DNA of 17,213 nt, taken from positions 1 to 17,213 of the forward strand of contig JBGCDR010000076.1 in NCBI GenBank assembly GCA_045105515.1. The letters are read 5' to 3'. The notes under the pieces are model-generated. The model worked only from the letters and a program-made list of their open reading frames with translations, searched no databases and was not told the origin of the DNA. The position numbers and the translations under genes were made by a program. Below are positions 7,618 through 17,213 of the stretch, piece by piece (position 1 is the first letter of the stretch; every line of letters begins with the position of its first letter). Origin of the DNA: Oligoflexales bacterium (GTDB lineage: Bacteria > Bdellovibrionota_B > Oligoflexia > Oligoflexales > Bog-1112).

Positions 7618-8304
7618 ATGAGTAACTTCTTACTGCAATACAGTATGTTTAACGATGTCTTCTTTCCCTCACAGGACAGCAAAGATGAGGGTGGATCTCA
7701 GGATTTAAGTCTAAGACGATCGATCACCTACTTCCCTGATCCAAAGCTGGCTATTTCTGGTGCGAACCTCGCTGTCTTCGACTTAGAGACCACGGGCTTA
7801 GATGCAGTCGGTGATCGTATCGTTGAAATTGGTGCCTTGAAAATATGCAATGGCCAGGTCATGGAGGAGTTTGAGACTTTGCTTGATCCTGAACGCGATT
7901 TTCCGATCGAAGCCCAGAAAGTATCGGGAATTACTCCAGATATGCTTGAAGGTAAGCCCAATATTGCTCAGGTACTCCCTGATTTCTTGAAGTTTATTGA
8001 TGGGTGTATCTTAGTGGCACATAATGCCAACTTTGACATGGGCTTTATCAGAAACAACGCAAACCGTTTAGGAATTGATCTCCAGTGGCCATCGTTTTGT
8101 ACCTTAAAGTTAGCCAGGGAGCTCCTTCCTGACTTAGAACGCAAAACTTTGGATATGTTGGCTGAGCATTATGGCCTTAGTTTTGAAGCAAGGCATAGAT
8201 CGATTGGTGACGTTAAGGTTACGGTTGGAGTTTTGGAGCAGCTAATGAAAAATGAAGGTTCTTACCTCCACTCGTGGAAGGATATGGAACCTTTTTCGGT
8301 GTAA
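7618..8304 (+). CDS. DEDDh 3'-5' exonuclease (DnaQ / PolC exonuclease-like)
   Basis: ExoI FDLETTG, ExoII VAHNANFD, ExoIII HRSIGD. Exact start uncertain (ATG 7618 or 7645). Confidence 0.92.
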   Translation: MSNFLLQYSMFNDVFFPSQDSKDEGGSQDLSLRRSITYFPDPKLAISGANLAVFDLETTGLDAVGDRIVEIGALKICNGQVMEEFETLLDPERDFPIEAQKVSGITPDMLEGKPNIAQVLPDFLKFIDGCILVAHNANFDMGFIRNNANRLGIDLQWPSFCTLKLARELLPDLERKTLDMLAEHYGLSFEARHRSIGDVKVTVGVLEQLMKNEGSYLHSWKDMEPFSV

Positions 8305-8421
8305 GCCATATAGATCTTCGGTTCCTCAGTTTTTTCTTCGTCAATTTATCTCATCAATCATGAGCGTAATTTAAAAAAATTTGATATGAATCCCTTGTAC
8401 AAAGTTTGTAGGAGCGGATGC

Positions 8422-10026
8422 ATGCAGCTAAAAAGTAACGTTTCAACGACGACTCAAGAGTACCGTTCAAATTTTCAGTTTCATAGTGAGCTGTGTTCTA
8501 GTTTGCTGGACTTGCAAGGGACGATTGAGCAAGGTGGAGGCGAAAAAGCCGCTGCTTCTCAGCGCAAAAAAGGAAAGTTACTTGCGAGAGAACGTATTCA
8601 GAAATTAATTGATCCAGATACGAGCTTTTTAGAGCTTTCTCAATTAGCTGGATATAAACTCTATGATGACTTCGTGCCAGCAGGTGGCATCATTACGGGA
8701 ATTGCACAGGTCCATGGCCGTCCTTGCATGATTGTAGCGAATGATCAAACTGTTAAGGGTGGTACTTACTATCCTATTACCGTAAAAAAGCACCTTAGGG
8801 CTCAGGAAATAGCTCGAAAAAATAAGCTTCCATGCCTATATCTCGTAGATTCTGGAGGTGCTTATTTACCTCTGCAGTCTGAAGTTTTTCCTGATAAAGA
8901 CGATTTTGGCAGAATATTCTATATGCAGGCACAAATGAGTGCTGCAGCCATACCCCAGATTTCCTCAGTCCATGGGTTTTGCACCGCTGGAGGAGCATAC
9001 ATCCCGGCCATGTCCGATCAAAGCGTTATCGTTAAAAACACTGGAACGATATTTTTAGCTGGACCACCTTTAGTAAAGGCAGCCACTGGTGAAGAGGTAA
9101 GTGCCGAAGACCTAGGGGGAGCAGCGGTCCATACCTCTGTGAGTGGGGTTTCTGATCACTTAGCAGAAAATGATGAACATGCTCTATACATTTTAAGGCA
9201 GATTATCGAACACCTAGGTTCTTACAAGCAACAGCAAATAAAGCTGAAAAAGCCTGCAGATCCTGCTTACGATCCTACGGAGCTTCTTGGCATCCTACCT
9301 ACTGAGTTGAGCAAGTTCGTGGATATAAGAGAAGTGATCGCTAGGCTTGTGGATCGTTCAGAATTTTTTGAATTTAAAAAGAACTACGCTACTACTTTAG
9401 TGACCGGTTTTGCTCATTTAGGTGGGATTCCAGTTGGTATTATTGGAAACAATGGTGTGCTTTTTTCAGAGAGTGCTTTGAAGGCTACTCATTTTATCGA
9501 ACTTTGCTGCCAAGAGGGGACACCTTTACTGTTTCTGCAAAATATCACTGGTTTTATGGTCGGTAAGCAGTATGAACACGATGGAATTGCCAAACATGGA
9601 GCTAAGCTTGTACATGCAGTCGCAAATGCTACGGTTCCCAAGTTAACTCTGGTAGTGGGTGGAAGCTTCGGTGCCGGAAACTACGGCATGTGTGGGCGAG
9701 CATATGACCCAAGTTTTATGTATATGTGGCCTAATGCTCGTATTTCCGTTATGGGGGGGCCTCAAGCTGCAGATGTGTTGGTCACTGTAAAGCAGCAACA
9801 ACTTGCACGAGAGGGTCGTTCTTTGAGTTCCGATGAAATAAAGAGTATGCGAGCTCCTATCGTGCAAAAGTATGAGAACGAAGGCCATGCTTTCTATTCA
9901 TCTGCTCGGCTTTGGGATGATGGAGTTCTAGATCCAAGGTTTACTCGGGATCATCTGTGGCAATCTTTTGCAGCTACTTTGCATCACCAGTGGGATCAAA
10001 CTCGTTTTGGAATTTTCCGTATGTAG
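8422..10026 (+). CDS. liuB: Acyl-CoA carboxylase carboxyltransferase (beta) subunit, methylcrotonyl-CoA carboxylase type
   Basis: [60 protein letters not shown]-terminal FGIFRM. AGGAG RBS at 8410-8414 favours ATG 8422. Confidence 0.9.
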   Translation: MQLKSNVSTTTQEYRSNFQFHSELCSSLLDLQGTIEQGGGEKAAASQRKKGKLLARERIQKLIDPDTSFLELSQLAGYKLYDDFVPAGGIITGIAQVHGRPCMIVANDQTVKGGTYYPITVKKHLRAQEIARKNKLPCLYLVDSGGAYLPLQSEVFPDKDDFGRIFYMQAQMSAAAIPQISSVHGFCTAGGAYIPAMSDQSVIVKNTGTIFLAGPPLVKAATGEEVSAEDLGGAAVHTSVSGVSDHLAENDEHALYILRQIIEHLGSYKQQQIKLKKPADPAYDPTELLGILPTELSKFVDIREVIARLVDRSEFFEFKKNYATTLVTGFAHLGGIPVGIIGNNGVLFSESALKATHFIELCCQEGTPLLFLQNITGFMVGKQYEHDGIAKHGAKLVHAVANATVPKLTLVVGGSFGAGNYGMCGRAYDPSFMYMWPNARISVMGGPQAADVLVTVKQQQLAREGRSLSSDEIKSMRAPIVQKYENEGHAFYSSARLWDDGVLDPRFTRDHLWQSFAATLHHQWDQTRFGIFRM

Positions 10027-10106
10027 CTTAAAAAAATCTAACTCCTTTGCATGATTGTCCCGTGATTTGAGGTATGATAGGCCAAAATAAAATCAAGGAG
10101 GTTGGG

Positions 10107-11924
10107 ATGAGCAGAAAAAATACCCTAAAAATAGGGAATGCAGGTGGTTACTGGGGGGATGATCCAAGTGCTTTAAAAAGGCAAGTTGCAGGAGGTAAGC
10201 TCGATTATATTACAATGGATTTTCTCGCTGAAGTCACCATGTCAATCCTCCAAAAGCAACAAGCAAAAGATCCAAATTTAGGCTACGCTCGAGACTTTAT
10301 TCCCATGATTGCTGGAGTTTTGCCAGAAATCCTTAAAAATAAGACCCGGGTGATTACTAACGCTGGTGGAATTAATCCCGAAGCTTGCGCTGCTGCTATC
10401 GTTGCTGAAGGTAGGAAGCTTGGATTAAATCCAAAGGTTGCGGTAGTTCATGGTGACGATATCTTGGGTGAAGTCAAGGCGTTACAGCAGCAAGGCACCC
10501 TGTTTAAAAATATGGAAACAGGAGACGATTTTTCATCTGTCGAAAACTTGATTGAGGCTGCAAATATCTACTTTGGAGCTGCCCCTGTAGTAGAGGCCCT
10601 TAAAAAGTGGCAGCCAGATATTATTGTAACCGGAAGGGTGACTGACACGGGTATCACGGTAGCTCCGATGATTTACGAGTTTGGATGGGATCTTAAGGAT
10701 TGGAATAAGATTGCTGCTGGAATCATAGCTGGCCATATGCTGGAGTGTGGCTGTCAAATTACTGGGGGAAATTTTTCTGATTGGAACTTGGTTGATAACT
10801 ATAATCAGATGGGCTATCCAATTGCAGAAGTTGAGCCTGATGGACAATTTGTGCTAAGTAAACATGAAGGCAGTGGTGGCTACGTTTCCGAAGATACTGT
10901 GAGGGAACAACTTTTCTACGAGATGGGGAACCCCAAGGCATACTTGACACCTGATGTGGTTGCTGATTTCTCTAGTATAAAGCTTGCTCAGATTGGTAAA
11001 GATCGTGTCCAAGTAGATGGTATTAAAGGTCATGAGCCAACCCCATTATACAAAGTTTCGATGGCCTATGAAGATGGATATAAATGCATAGGTTCTATTT
11101 TAATTTCGGGGCCTAATGCTAGAGAAAAAGCAAAAGCATTTGCTGATATTTTTTGGAAACGCTGTGATCAAGAATTCACTCAAAAACTTACTGAGTTCGT
11201 GGGTCACAATGCATGCCACCGATCTTTAGGGCAGGATCAAGATCCAAACGAGATCATCCTTAGGCTTGGAGCCCGCAGTCATGACTTTGATGCTCTAAGA
11301 ACCTTTGCAAAGATGATTCCTTCTCTTATCTTAAGTGGACCACCGGGTGTAGCTGTTTTAGGAGGGGTTCCTAAGGTGCAGACCGTAGTTAGCTATTGGC
11401 CAGCGTTGATAGATAAGGCTCTAGCAAGCCCCAAAATAGCTCTATTTGAGGATAAACTTGTTGAAGAAGCAACTGTGAGCAATACTCAAGTGGGCCAATT
11501 TAAGGAGTCTTTAGCTGATGTGCAGCAAGCTGAAAGAGTCGAAAATGATTTAGATACCATCCTGACGGTTAATTCCAACCCCAATGCAGTACCTCTTTAT
11601 GATATTTGCTTAGCCCGAAGTGGGGACAAAGGTGATAGTGCTAATATTGGTATTTTGGCTCGGAGTGAAGCAGCTTATGAATTTATAAAAGAGCACCTCA
11701 CTGCCCAGGTCATAAAAGATCTTTTTCAAGAGCTATGTGAGGGTAGGGTAAGGCGTTATTGCCTTGATAATCTCTTCGGTCTCAATTTCATCTTAGATCA
11801 GAGCTTAGGTGGAGGTGGGAGCTGCACTCTTCGAAGTGATGCCCAAGGTAAGACTTTTTCGCAGGCGATTTTACGACAGCGGTTTCTGATTCCAAAGAAT
11901 ATTGTGGAGTCCTGTAAAAGATAA
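10107..11924 (+). CDS. Acyclic terpene utilization AtuA-family (DUF1446) protein
   Basis: IGNAGGYWGD, DFLAEVTM, NAGGINP, GRVTD, GHMLECG.Q.TGGNF, EQLFYE, ARSGDKGD, DAQGK. AAGGAGG RBS before ATG 10107. Confidence 0.92.
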   Translation: MSRKNTLKIGNAGGYWGDDPSALKRQVAGGKLDYITMDFLAEVTMSILQKQQAKDPNLGYARDFIPMIAGVLPEILKNKTRVITNAGGINPEACAAAIVAEGRKLGLNPKVAVVHGDDILGEVKALQQQGTLFKNMETGDDFSSVENLIEAANIYFGAAPVVEALKKWQPDIIVTGRVTDTGITVAPMIYEFGWDLKDWNKIAAGIIAGHMLECGCQITGGNFSDWNLVDNYNQMGYPIAEVEPDGQFVLSKHEGSGGYVSEDTVREQLFYEMGNPKAYLTPDVVADFSSIKLAQIGKDRVQVDGIKGHEPTPLYKVSMAYEDGYKCIGSILISGPNAREKAKAFADIFWKRCDQEFTQKLTEFVGHNACHRSLGQDQDPNEIILRLGARSHDFDALRTFAKMIPSLILSGPPGVAVLGGVPKVQTVVSYWPALIDKALASPKIALFEDKLVEEATVSNTQVGQFKESLADVQQAERVENDLDTILTVNSNPNAVPLYDICLARSGDKGDSANIGILARSEAAYEFIKEHLTAQVIKDLFQELCEGRVRRYCLDNLFGLNFILDQSLGGGGSCTLRSDAQGKTFSQAILRQRFLIPKNIVESCKR

Positions 11925-11952
11925 GAAGATTAAAGCTGACCAAGGAAAGCTT

Positions 11953-12783
11953 ATGAGTCAAATACATCCTGTAAGCCTTAGGTGGGATTCAAGTAAACAA
12001 GGCGAAAAATCAAAGATAGCAGTTATGGCGCTCAATAGGCCTGAGCAGGCTAACGCTTTTAATGGCGAGATCTTAGAACAGATTATTAGCTGTTTGGAGG
12101 AAGTTGCTCAAAACCCAGACTGCCGAGCATTCGTGCTCAAGGGTGAAGGCAAGCACTTTTCGGGAGGTGCAGACTTAAAATGGATGCAAGACTCTATTAA
12201 GCTTGCTTATGAAGAAAACTATGCTGAAGCCAAGAAGATGACAGTTATGTTTGAGGCTTTGCATCGCTTGCCGGTTCCTACTATTGCTGTGGTAAAAGGA
12301 GCAGCTTTTGGAGGTGCGGTTGGATTAATTGCTTGCTGCGATTTTGCTATCTGTGCTGAGGGTGCAAAGCTTTGCCTCAGTGAGGTTAAAATGGGAATAC
12401 TACCTGCAGTCATTCTTCCTTACCTAGGAAAAAAGATGCTGCCTGGGCCCTTAAAGCGTTTGGCATTGACTGCTAAAGTTTTCGGTGCTTCAGAGGCTCG
12501 TGATTATGGTCTTATTGATTTGATCTGTTCTGAACAGTCTTTAGATAAGCTAGTAAAGGATGAGTTGAGTCTTCTCTTGCAGGGTGGACCCATGGCTCAT
12601 AAATCTTTAAAAAACCTATTTCAAATATTGTCCGAATCTAACTTTAAGCAAAGTGATACCACTGCTAAGAGTATTGCAAAGGCTAGGCAAGGAAGTGAGG
12701 CCCAGGCAGGATTTGAAGCTTTTTTTGCTAAAAAGAAAGCAAGCTGGGTAGATGAATTAGCTGAGGATTGGAAACTAAATTGA
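11953..12783 (+). CDS. liuC: Enoyl-CoA hydratase/crotonase, methylglutaconyl-CoA hydratase-like
   Basis: LNRPEQANAF, FSGGADLKWM, AFGGAVGLIACCD, LSEVKMGILPAVI. Lies between the carboxylase subunits. AAGGAA RBS before ATG 11953. Confidence 0.8.
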   Translation: MSQIHPVSLRWDSSKQGEKSKIAVMALNRPEQANAFNGEILEQIISCLEEVAQNPDCRAFVLKGEGKHFSGGADLKWMQDSIKLAYEENYAEAKKMTVMFEALHRLPVPTIAVVKGAAFGGAVGLIACCDFAICAEGAKLCLSEVKMGILPAVILPYLGKKMLPGPLKRLALTAKVFGASEARDYGLIDLICSEQSLDKLVKDELSLLLQGGPMAHKSLKNLFQILSESNFKQSDTTAKSIAKARQGSEAQAGFEAFFAKKKASWVDELAEDWKLN

Positions 12784-12794
12784 AAGAATAAGTT

Positions 12795-14810
12795 ATGCTC
12801 AAAAAAGTCTTTATTGCTAATCGTGGAGAGATTGCGCGTCGAATAGCCAAGAGTGCGAAAGAACTGGGTATGCAAACGGTTTGCTGCTCTGATAAAGACA
12901 TACCTCCCCACTACTTACGTAGGTGGATGGATGAATTCATTAAAGTCGAGCAAGAGTCTGCTAACTTATACCTAAACCAAAAACTGATGGTGGACCTTGC
13001 TTGCCAGTATGGATGTGATTCTGTGCACCCAGGTTTTGGTTTTCTATCAGAAAATCCAGGTTTTGCCGAAAAAGTGCAGGAAGCAGGGCTTGTATGGATC
13101 GGACCCAGTCCCAAGGTCATTGCAACGATGGCAAGTAAGGCAAGAGCGAGAGGAATAGCCGAAGCTATAAATATACCGTGTACGCAGGGTTTGAAAGGAA
13201 TTAAAAATCTAGATGCGCAGACTATAGCTACAGCGCAAGGCTTCGCCAACGAAACTGGTTTCCCTCTTTTGGTAAAAGCAGCCATGGGAGGTGGTGGTAA
13301 AGGTATGCGGCTTGTGCATAAGCTAGCTGAGCTCGAAGAAGCTTTGGCAAGAGCCAGTTCTGAAGCTTTGAGCTCATTCGGTGATTCCTCGTTGATTTTA
13401 GAGCAGTATATCGAAGCTTCACGGCATGTTGAAGTGCAGGTCTTAGGAGATCAAGAAGGAAACGTCCTGATTTTAGGTGACCGAGACTGTTCTTTGCAAA
13501 GGCGACATCAAAAGATTATTGAAGAAGCTCCTGCTCCTAAGCTTCATCCAAATACTCGCAAAAAGCTCCATGAAAGTGCAAAAGCTCTTGCCCATGAAGT
13601 TGGGTATATCTCTGCTGGGACCGTTGAATTTATTCTCGATGCGAAAGCTGATGAAACTAGTGAACAAGCTTTTTACTTCCTGGAGATGAATACACGGCTG
13701 CAGGTAGAGCACCCGGTTACTGAAGAGGTTTTTGGTCTTGATTTGGTAGCCTGGCAGCTGCGTATTGCCGGGGGCGAGAATATTAGTGAGCTGGCTAAAA
13801 ATATAAAAACTCCACAAAGCCATAGCGTTGAAGCTAGATTTTATGGAGAAGATCCAAAAAATAATTTTTTCCCCTCTCCAGGGCCTGTTCATTGCTTTAC
13901 TCCCTTCCATGCGCAGGGGATACGCTGGGAGATGGGGCTTGATGGGGTGGATTACATCACTTCTGATTTCGATCCGATGATTGCAAAGGTGATTGCAACG
14001 GCAGCTACTCGTAAAGAAGCAATTAACAAGTTAAGTCACTGTCTGCAAGAGACGGTGTTTTTTGGCCCAGAAAATAATCGAGAATTTCTCGTTAGCTTAC
14101 TAAATGAAAACTCATTTCTTAGTGAGTCCTTTAATACTGCTTTTATTGAAGATAAAATAGGGGCTTTGATCCAGTACAGTGACGCTAAGAGACAAAGGTC
14201 GGAGGATCTTGCTCAGGGAATTCTTGACCTCTTGACTGAACAGGCTAAGCAAACTAAGCAAGCAAGCAAAGCAAAACTTTCTTTAGGCACCCAAGAGGTA
14301 AGCAGCATAACATCGCAGGCGTTTGCCAAAAAACCCCGGCTAACAAAGATCAATGAAACATTAAATCTTGTTGTTACTGAGCAAAGCTTCTTGCCGAAAC
14401 AAGAAATAGGTGAAGGGGACCTCATTTATGGATTAGGTGTCGTCGAAGAAAAAGGAGTAGGAAAGAAATACATCCGTTATGGAGCTTGCCTTACCGAAAA
14501 AGGAGAATTTTGGTACCTCCATTTGGAAGGAATATGTTACACAAGAAGCTTAGTAAGAAGTATCTGGGATGGAATAAAGGGCTCGGAAATCAATGAGGGT
14601 GGCATTGAAGCTCCCGTTCCAGGTAAGGTTGTAAAGATTTCTTGTAGCTCAGGTTTGGATATTAGTAAGGACCAGGCACTTTTTATCTTGGAATCAATGA
14701 AAATGGAATTTGAAGTCAGGGCTATGAAGTCTGGTAAAATAGAAGAGGTGCTGGTAACCGAAGGAGACCAGGTTACTGCAGGCCAGCAGTTGGCTTATTT
14801 TGAAAAATAG
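12795..14810 (+). CDS. liuD: Biotin carboxylase / biotin carboxyl carrier (alpha) subunit of acyl-CoA carboxylase
   Basis: IANRGEIA, HPGFGFLSEN, GGGGKGMR, RDCSLQRRHQKIIEEAP, EMNTRLQVEHPVTE, biotinylation motif ESMKM (Lys at 14700-14702). Confidence 0.88.
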   Translation: MLKKVFIANRGEIARRIAKSAKELGMQTVCCSDKDIPPHYLRRWMDEFIKVEQESANLYLNQKLMVDLACQYGCDSVHPGFGFLSENPGFAEKVQEAGLVWIGPSPKVIATMASKARARGIAEAINIPCTQGLKGIKNLDAQTIATAQGFANETGFPLLVKAAMGGGGKGMRLVHKLAELEEALARASSEALSSFGDSSLILEQYIEASRHVEVQVLGDQEGNVLILGDRDCSLQRRHQKIIEEAPAPKLHPNTRKKLHESAKALAHEVGYISAGTVEFILDAKADETSEQAFYFLEMNTRLQVEHPVTEEVFGLDLVAWQLRIAGGENISELAKNIKTPQSHSVEARFYGEDPKNNFFPSPGPVHCFTPFHAQGIRWEMGLDGVDYITSDFDPMIAKVIATAATRKEAINKLSHCLQETVFFGPENNREFLVSLLNENSFLSESFNTAFIEDKIGALIQYSDAKRQRSEDLAQGILDLLTEQAKQTKQASKAKLSLGTQEVSSITSQAFAKKPRLTKINETLNLVVTEQSFLPKQEIGEGDLIYGLGVVEEKGVGKKYIRYGACLTEKGEFWYLHLEGICYTRSLVRSIWDGIKGSEINEGGIEAPVPGKVVKISCSSGLDISKDQALFILESMKMEFEVRAMKSGKIEEVLVTEGDQVTAGQQLAYFEK

Positions 14811-14831
14811 GATGACACGGGAGCGTCGGTT

Positions 14832-15770
14832 ATGAGCATGTCGCAATTTATTCAAGGATCTGGGTTTAAGGTACTTGCGATGGCACGCCTAAGTCCATGC
14901 GAATATAGCGTGATCCTTTACCTGATGAATTGTGCAGTTTCAGGCTTAGATCAAATCATTACCACTGAAACAGAGCTGTCTTCGCTGATTGGTTATGAAG
15001 AAGATGAAATAAGAGAGGTCATTGACTCGCTTGCTGAAAGAAATTTAGTAAAGGCACACTATAAGGATGCAAATCACCAAATTCATCCTTCATTGAGGTT
15101 GGGTTTTCAATTTGATATGGACCGGTGGCATCTTAGTTATGAAGAAGATGTGACTTCTCATGATGCTGTGGTTTATCCTTTTGTCCGCAATCATAAAGCA
15201 CAACTTGAGGTCATTCATGAGGTAAAAGAGCATGAAAAGAGTGCAGAGCAAAGCTCCCAAACTTGGCAGCGGGTACTTGACTCTTTCTTAGATAAAAGAA
15301 GTCTCGATGATCATGAAGTCGAAGAAAACGTTACTTCAGCAAAAATTCTAGTTGAAACCCATCCTGTGGATCAAGTTCTACTTCTTTTACGACATTTTAA
15401 ATCACGGATTTTGAGTTTAAGCTTGCTTGCAAGTAATTGGGATCATTTTCAAGAACTATATGAGGAAGAAACACAAAAAGTAGACTTGATGGATGCGAGA
15501 AAGAAGCACCAGGAGCTTGACGAGCAACTCAAAGAAAGTTCAAGGAATTGGCTTGAGAAGTCTGAAAAACACAACCTAAGCCTCGCAGAAATAAATATTT
15601 TGAAATTACTTATCCGGCATCGGCATCCACGAAGGCAACTATTTTGGGCCTATCAAGCTCGTAGTCGTTATATTAATCTTGAACATTTTTTTGCAGAAAA
15701 TTTTAGTTTAATGCTCGCAATTACCTCATCGGGGGCTATTGTCAAAAAGCCAAACCACAATGGTTTCTGA
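14832..15770 (+). CDS. Uncharacterised protein with N-terminal winged helix-turn-helix (DnaD / phage replication-initiator-like)
   Basis: LSPCEYSVILYLMN...ITTETELSSLIGYEEDEIREVIDSLAERNLVK is a wHTH pattern, followed by a helical, acidic C-terminal half. GGGAG RBS; starts 21 bp after the carboxylase alpha stop. Confidence 0.65.
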   Translation: MSMSQFIQGSGFKVLAMARLSPCEYSVILYLMNCAVSGLDQIITTETELSSLIGYEEDEIREVIDSLAERNLVKAHYKDANHQIHPSLRLGFQFDMDRWHLSYEEDVTSHDAVVYPFVRNHKAQLEVIHEVKEHEKSAEQSSQTWQRVLDSFLDKRSLDDHEVEENVTSAKILVETHPVDQVLLLLRHFKSRILSLSLLASNWDHFQELYEEETQKVDLMDARKKHQELDEQLKESSRNWLEKSEKHNLSLAEINILKLLIRHRHPRRQLFWAYQARSRYINLEHFFAENFSLMLAITSSGAIVKKPNHNGF

Positions 15771-15820
15771 ATTCTGTCTGTGACTCTCAGTTTTTGATTT
15801 TTCCCATAAGGAATCCGCAC

Positions 15821-16810
15821 ATGAATGATCGGCTCGTCAAGTCCTGTCTGTTGATTTTGACAGCTTTAGCTGTTACCATTGCTCTCATTCATCTTAAGGG
15901 TGTTCTGATTCCCTTTGTTATTTCCATTTTTATATATTTTTTAGTCATTCCATTTGTTGATTATAGCCAGCGCAAGTTGCGTCTACCACAGGTCTTGGGG
16001 CTATTATTTGCTTTGATTCTTAGTCTAATGGTCACTGGTATTCTAAGTATTACAGTATTATCTTCACTTGAGACCTTCCTTGCCGATACCAAGCTTTACC
16101 AAGAGAATTTAGCGCAACTTGTGGAAAAAGCTAGTGAATTATTGGCAAAATTTGGGATCAATATGGGAAATGAATTTGCTAATCTCCAGAAAAATTTACG
16201 AAACCTTCCAATTTTTAACTTCATCAAGGGTATGGCAAAAGAAGCTTTTGGAGTGATTGGTCAGTTTTTCTTAATAATCATCTATCTGATGTTTTTGGTT
16301 AGCGGTCATGATATGAATGCTAGTAAAAGCAAGGTTAGGTCGAAGATTGAAGAAAGCGTGCAAAAATACATTGTGACCAAAGTGATAGCATCGCTTGCAA
16401 CTGGTTTGATGGTAGGAATCCTGCTCAAATTGATTGGAATGGATTTGGCTTTTATGTTTGGAGTCCTTACATTTTTACTTAACTTCATTCCCAGCATAGG
16501 TTCGTTGATTGCGATTTTCTTGCCTTTACCGGTAGCCTTTTTGCAGTTTGAGTTTGGTATCCAGTTTTATTTGGTTCTTATCCTCCCATCTGCAGTGCAG
16601 TTTGTTATTGGTAATGTGATAGAACCAAAAGTTATGGGCGAGGGCCTGGGCCTACATCCTGTTACAATCCTTTTGTGCTTGATGATTTGGAGTTCTATTT
16701 GGGGAGCTGCAGGGATGTTTTTAGCGGTGCCGATGACGGTCTGTATAAAAATAGTCTGTGAACAGTTTTCTATAAGTAAACCCCTGGTCAAGTTAATGTC
16801 AGGGGGGTAA
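15821..16810 (+). CDS. AI-2E family (PerM/TqsA-like) transporter
   Basis: Many hydrophobic helices, LLNFIPSIGS, GNVIEPKVMGEGLGLHP, WGAAGMFLAVP. AAGGAA RBS before ATG 15821. Confidence 0.93.
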   Translation: MNDRLVKSCLLILTALAVTIALIHLKGVLIPFVISIFIYFLVIPFVDYSQRKLRLPQVLGLLFALILSLMVTGILSITVLSSLETFLADTKLYQENLAQLVEKASELLAKFGINMGNEFANLQKNLRNLPIFNFIKGMAKEAFGVIGQFFLIIIYLMFLVSGHDMNASKSKVRSKIEESVQKYIVTKVIASLATGLMVGILLKLIGMDLAFMFGVLTFLLNFIPSIGSLIAIFLPLPVAFLQFEFGIQFYLVLILPSAVQFVIGNVIEPKVMGEGLGLHPVTILLCLMIWSSIWGAAGMFLAVPMTVCIKIVCEQFSISKPLVKLMSGG

Positions 16811-16885
16811 GTCTTCTATTCTTGGGTAAAACACCGAACAAATAATAATTATTAAAGCGGCATCTAGCCCATTAGCAGTATATTT

Positions 16886-17213
16886 TTAAAATGTGTTCGG
16901 ATTATAATCAAAATTTATGTGACCTGAATCTTTTTTCTTGTTGATGTTTGTCCTCACAAGGCTGATACGTCCACTAATCGGTTGAGTGAAATTAGATTCC
17001 ACCCTTGTCTTAATTCCATTGGCATCTTTCTTTGTTGACTTCCATTTCATTTCAACCGTTGTGCCTTCAGGCAATGAGCATTGACCGAAATGCTTTTATT
17101 TCTTAATTGAGTCAGTATAACTACTTGTTTAAATTTTCCGACACATCAGTTAATTCAACTATTTCGTACTAATTTATTTTTGTCCTATCAAGGCCAACTT
17201 GATGCTTTATAAA
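16886..17213 (-). pseudogene. Possible decayed gene fragment, convergent on the AI-2E gene
   Basis: The 62-aa ORF has a TTG start and no RBS, with an in-frame TAA shortly upstream. Further upstream, protein-like stretches in other frames are broken by stops (FIKHQVGLDRTKIN*YEIVELTDVSENLNK*). AT-rich. Confidence 0.25.

Noticed and set aside
571..8304. Idea that the kinase, TPR, hydrolase and exonuclease form an anti-phage defence system
   Set aside because: The genes are on different strands and separated by housekeeping translation genes. No nuclease/ATPase effector pair or mobile context is visible.
14241..14277. AAGC-rich quasi-repeat (caggctaagcaaactaagcaagcaagcaaagcaaaac) in the carboxylase alpha gene
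   Set aside because: It is imperfect and in frame, encoding a low-complexity Q/A/K linker. It is not an array or a mobile repeat.
1328..16791. Numerous short antisense or alternate-frame ORFs in the ORF track (e.g. 1328-1543, 5455-5766, 12911-13285, 13473-13910, 16567-16791)
   Set aside because: They lie within or largely overlap well-supported genes and show no recognisable motifs. They are expected shadow ORFs.
16780..16808. CCCCTG...CAGGGG hairpin at the end of the AI-2E gene
   Set aside because: It lies inside the coding sequence, has a long loop and lacks a convincing U-tract, so it cannot be called a terminator.

Overview
A gene-dense bacterial chromosomal segment. Gene content and protein style suggest Bdellovibrionota/Oligoflexia or a related deltaproteobacterial lineage, but this is inference. 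From left to right: a 5'-damaged CheX-like phosphatase gene converges on a two-gene minus-strand unit, a Hanks-type kinase with an atypical catalytic loop coupled to a pseudo-receiver/TPR protein that appears frameshifted near its C-terminus. Next come an alpha/beta hydrolase, a TM2 protein, rpsP-rimM-trmD (no rplS), an exported CFI-box-CTERM protein and a DEDDh 3'-5' exonuclease. These are followed by a Liu/Mcc-like cluster (carboxyltransferase, AtuA-family protein, enoyl-CoA hydratase, biotin carboxylase-BCCP), an uncharacterised winged-helix protein with DnaD/replication-initiator-like features, an AI-2E transporter and an AT-rich, possibly decayed ORF at the right edge. I see no rRNA, tRNA, CRISPR array or mobile element. 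The best leads are the kinase/pseudo-receiver-TPR/CheX signalling module, the wHTH protein, and AtuA embedded in a leucine-type carboxylase operon.
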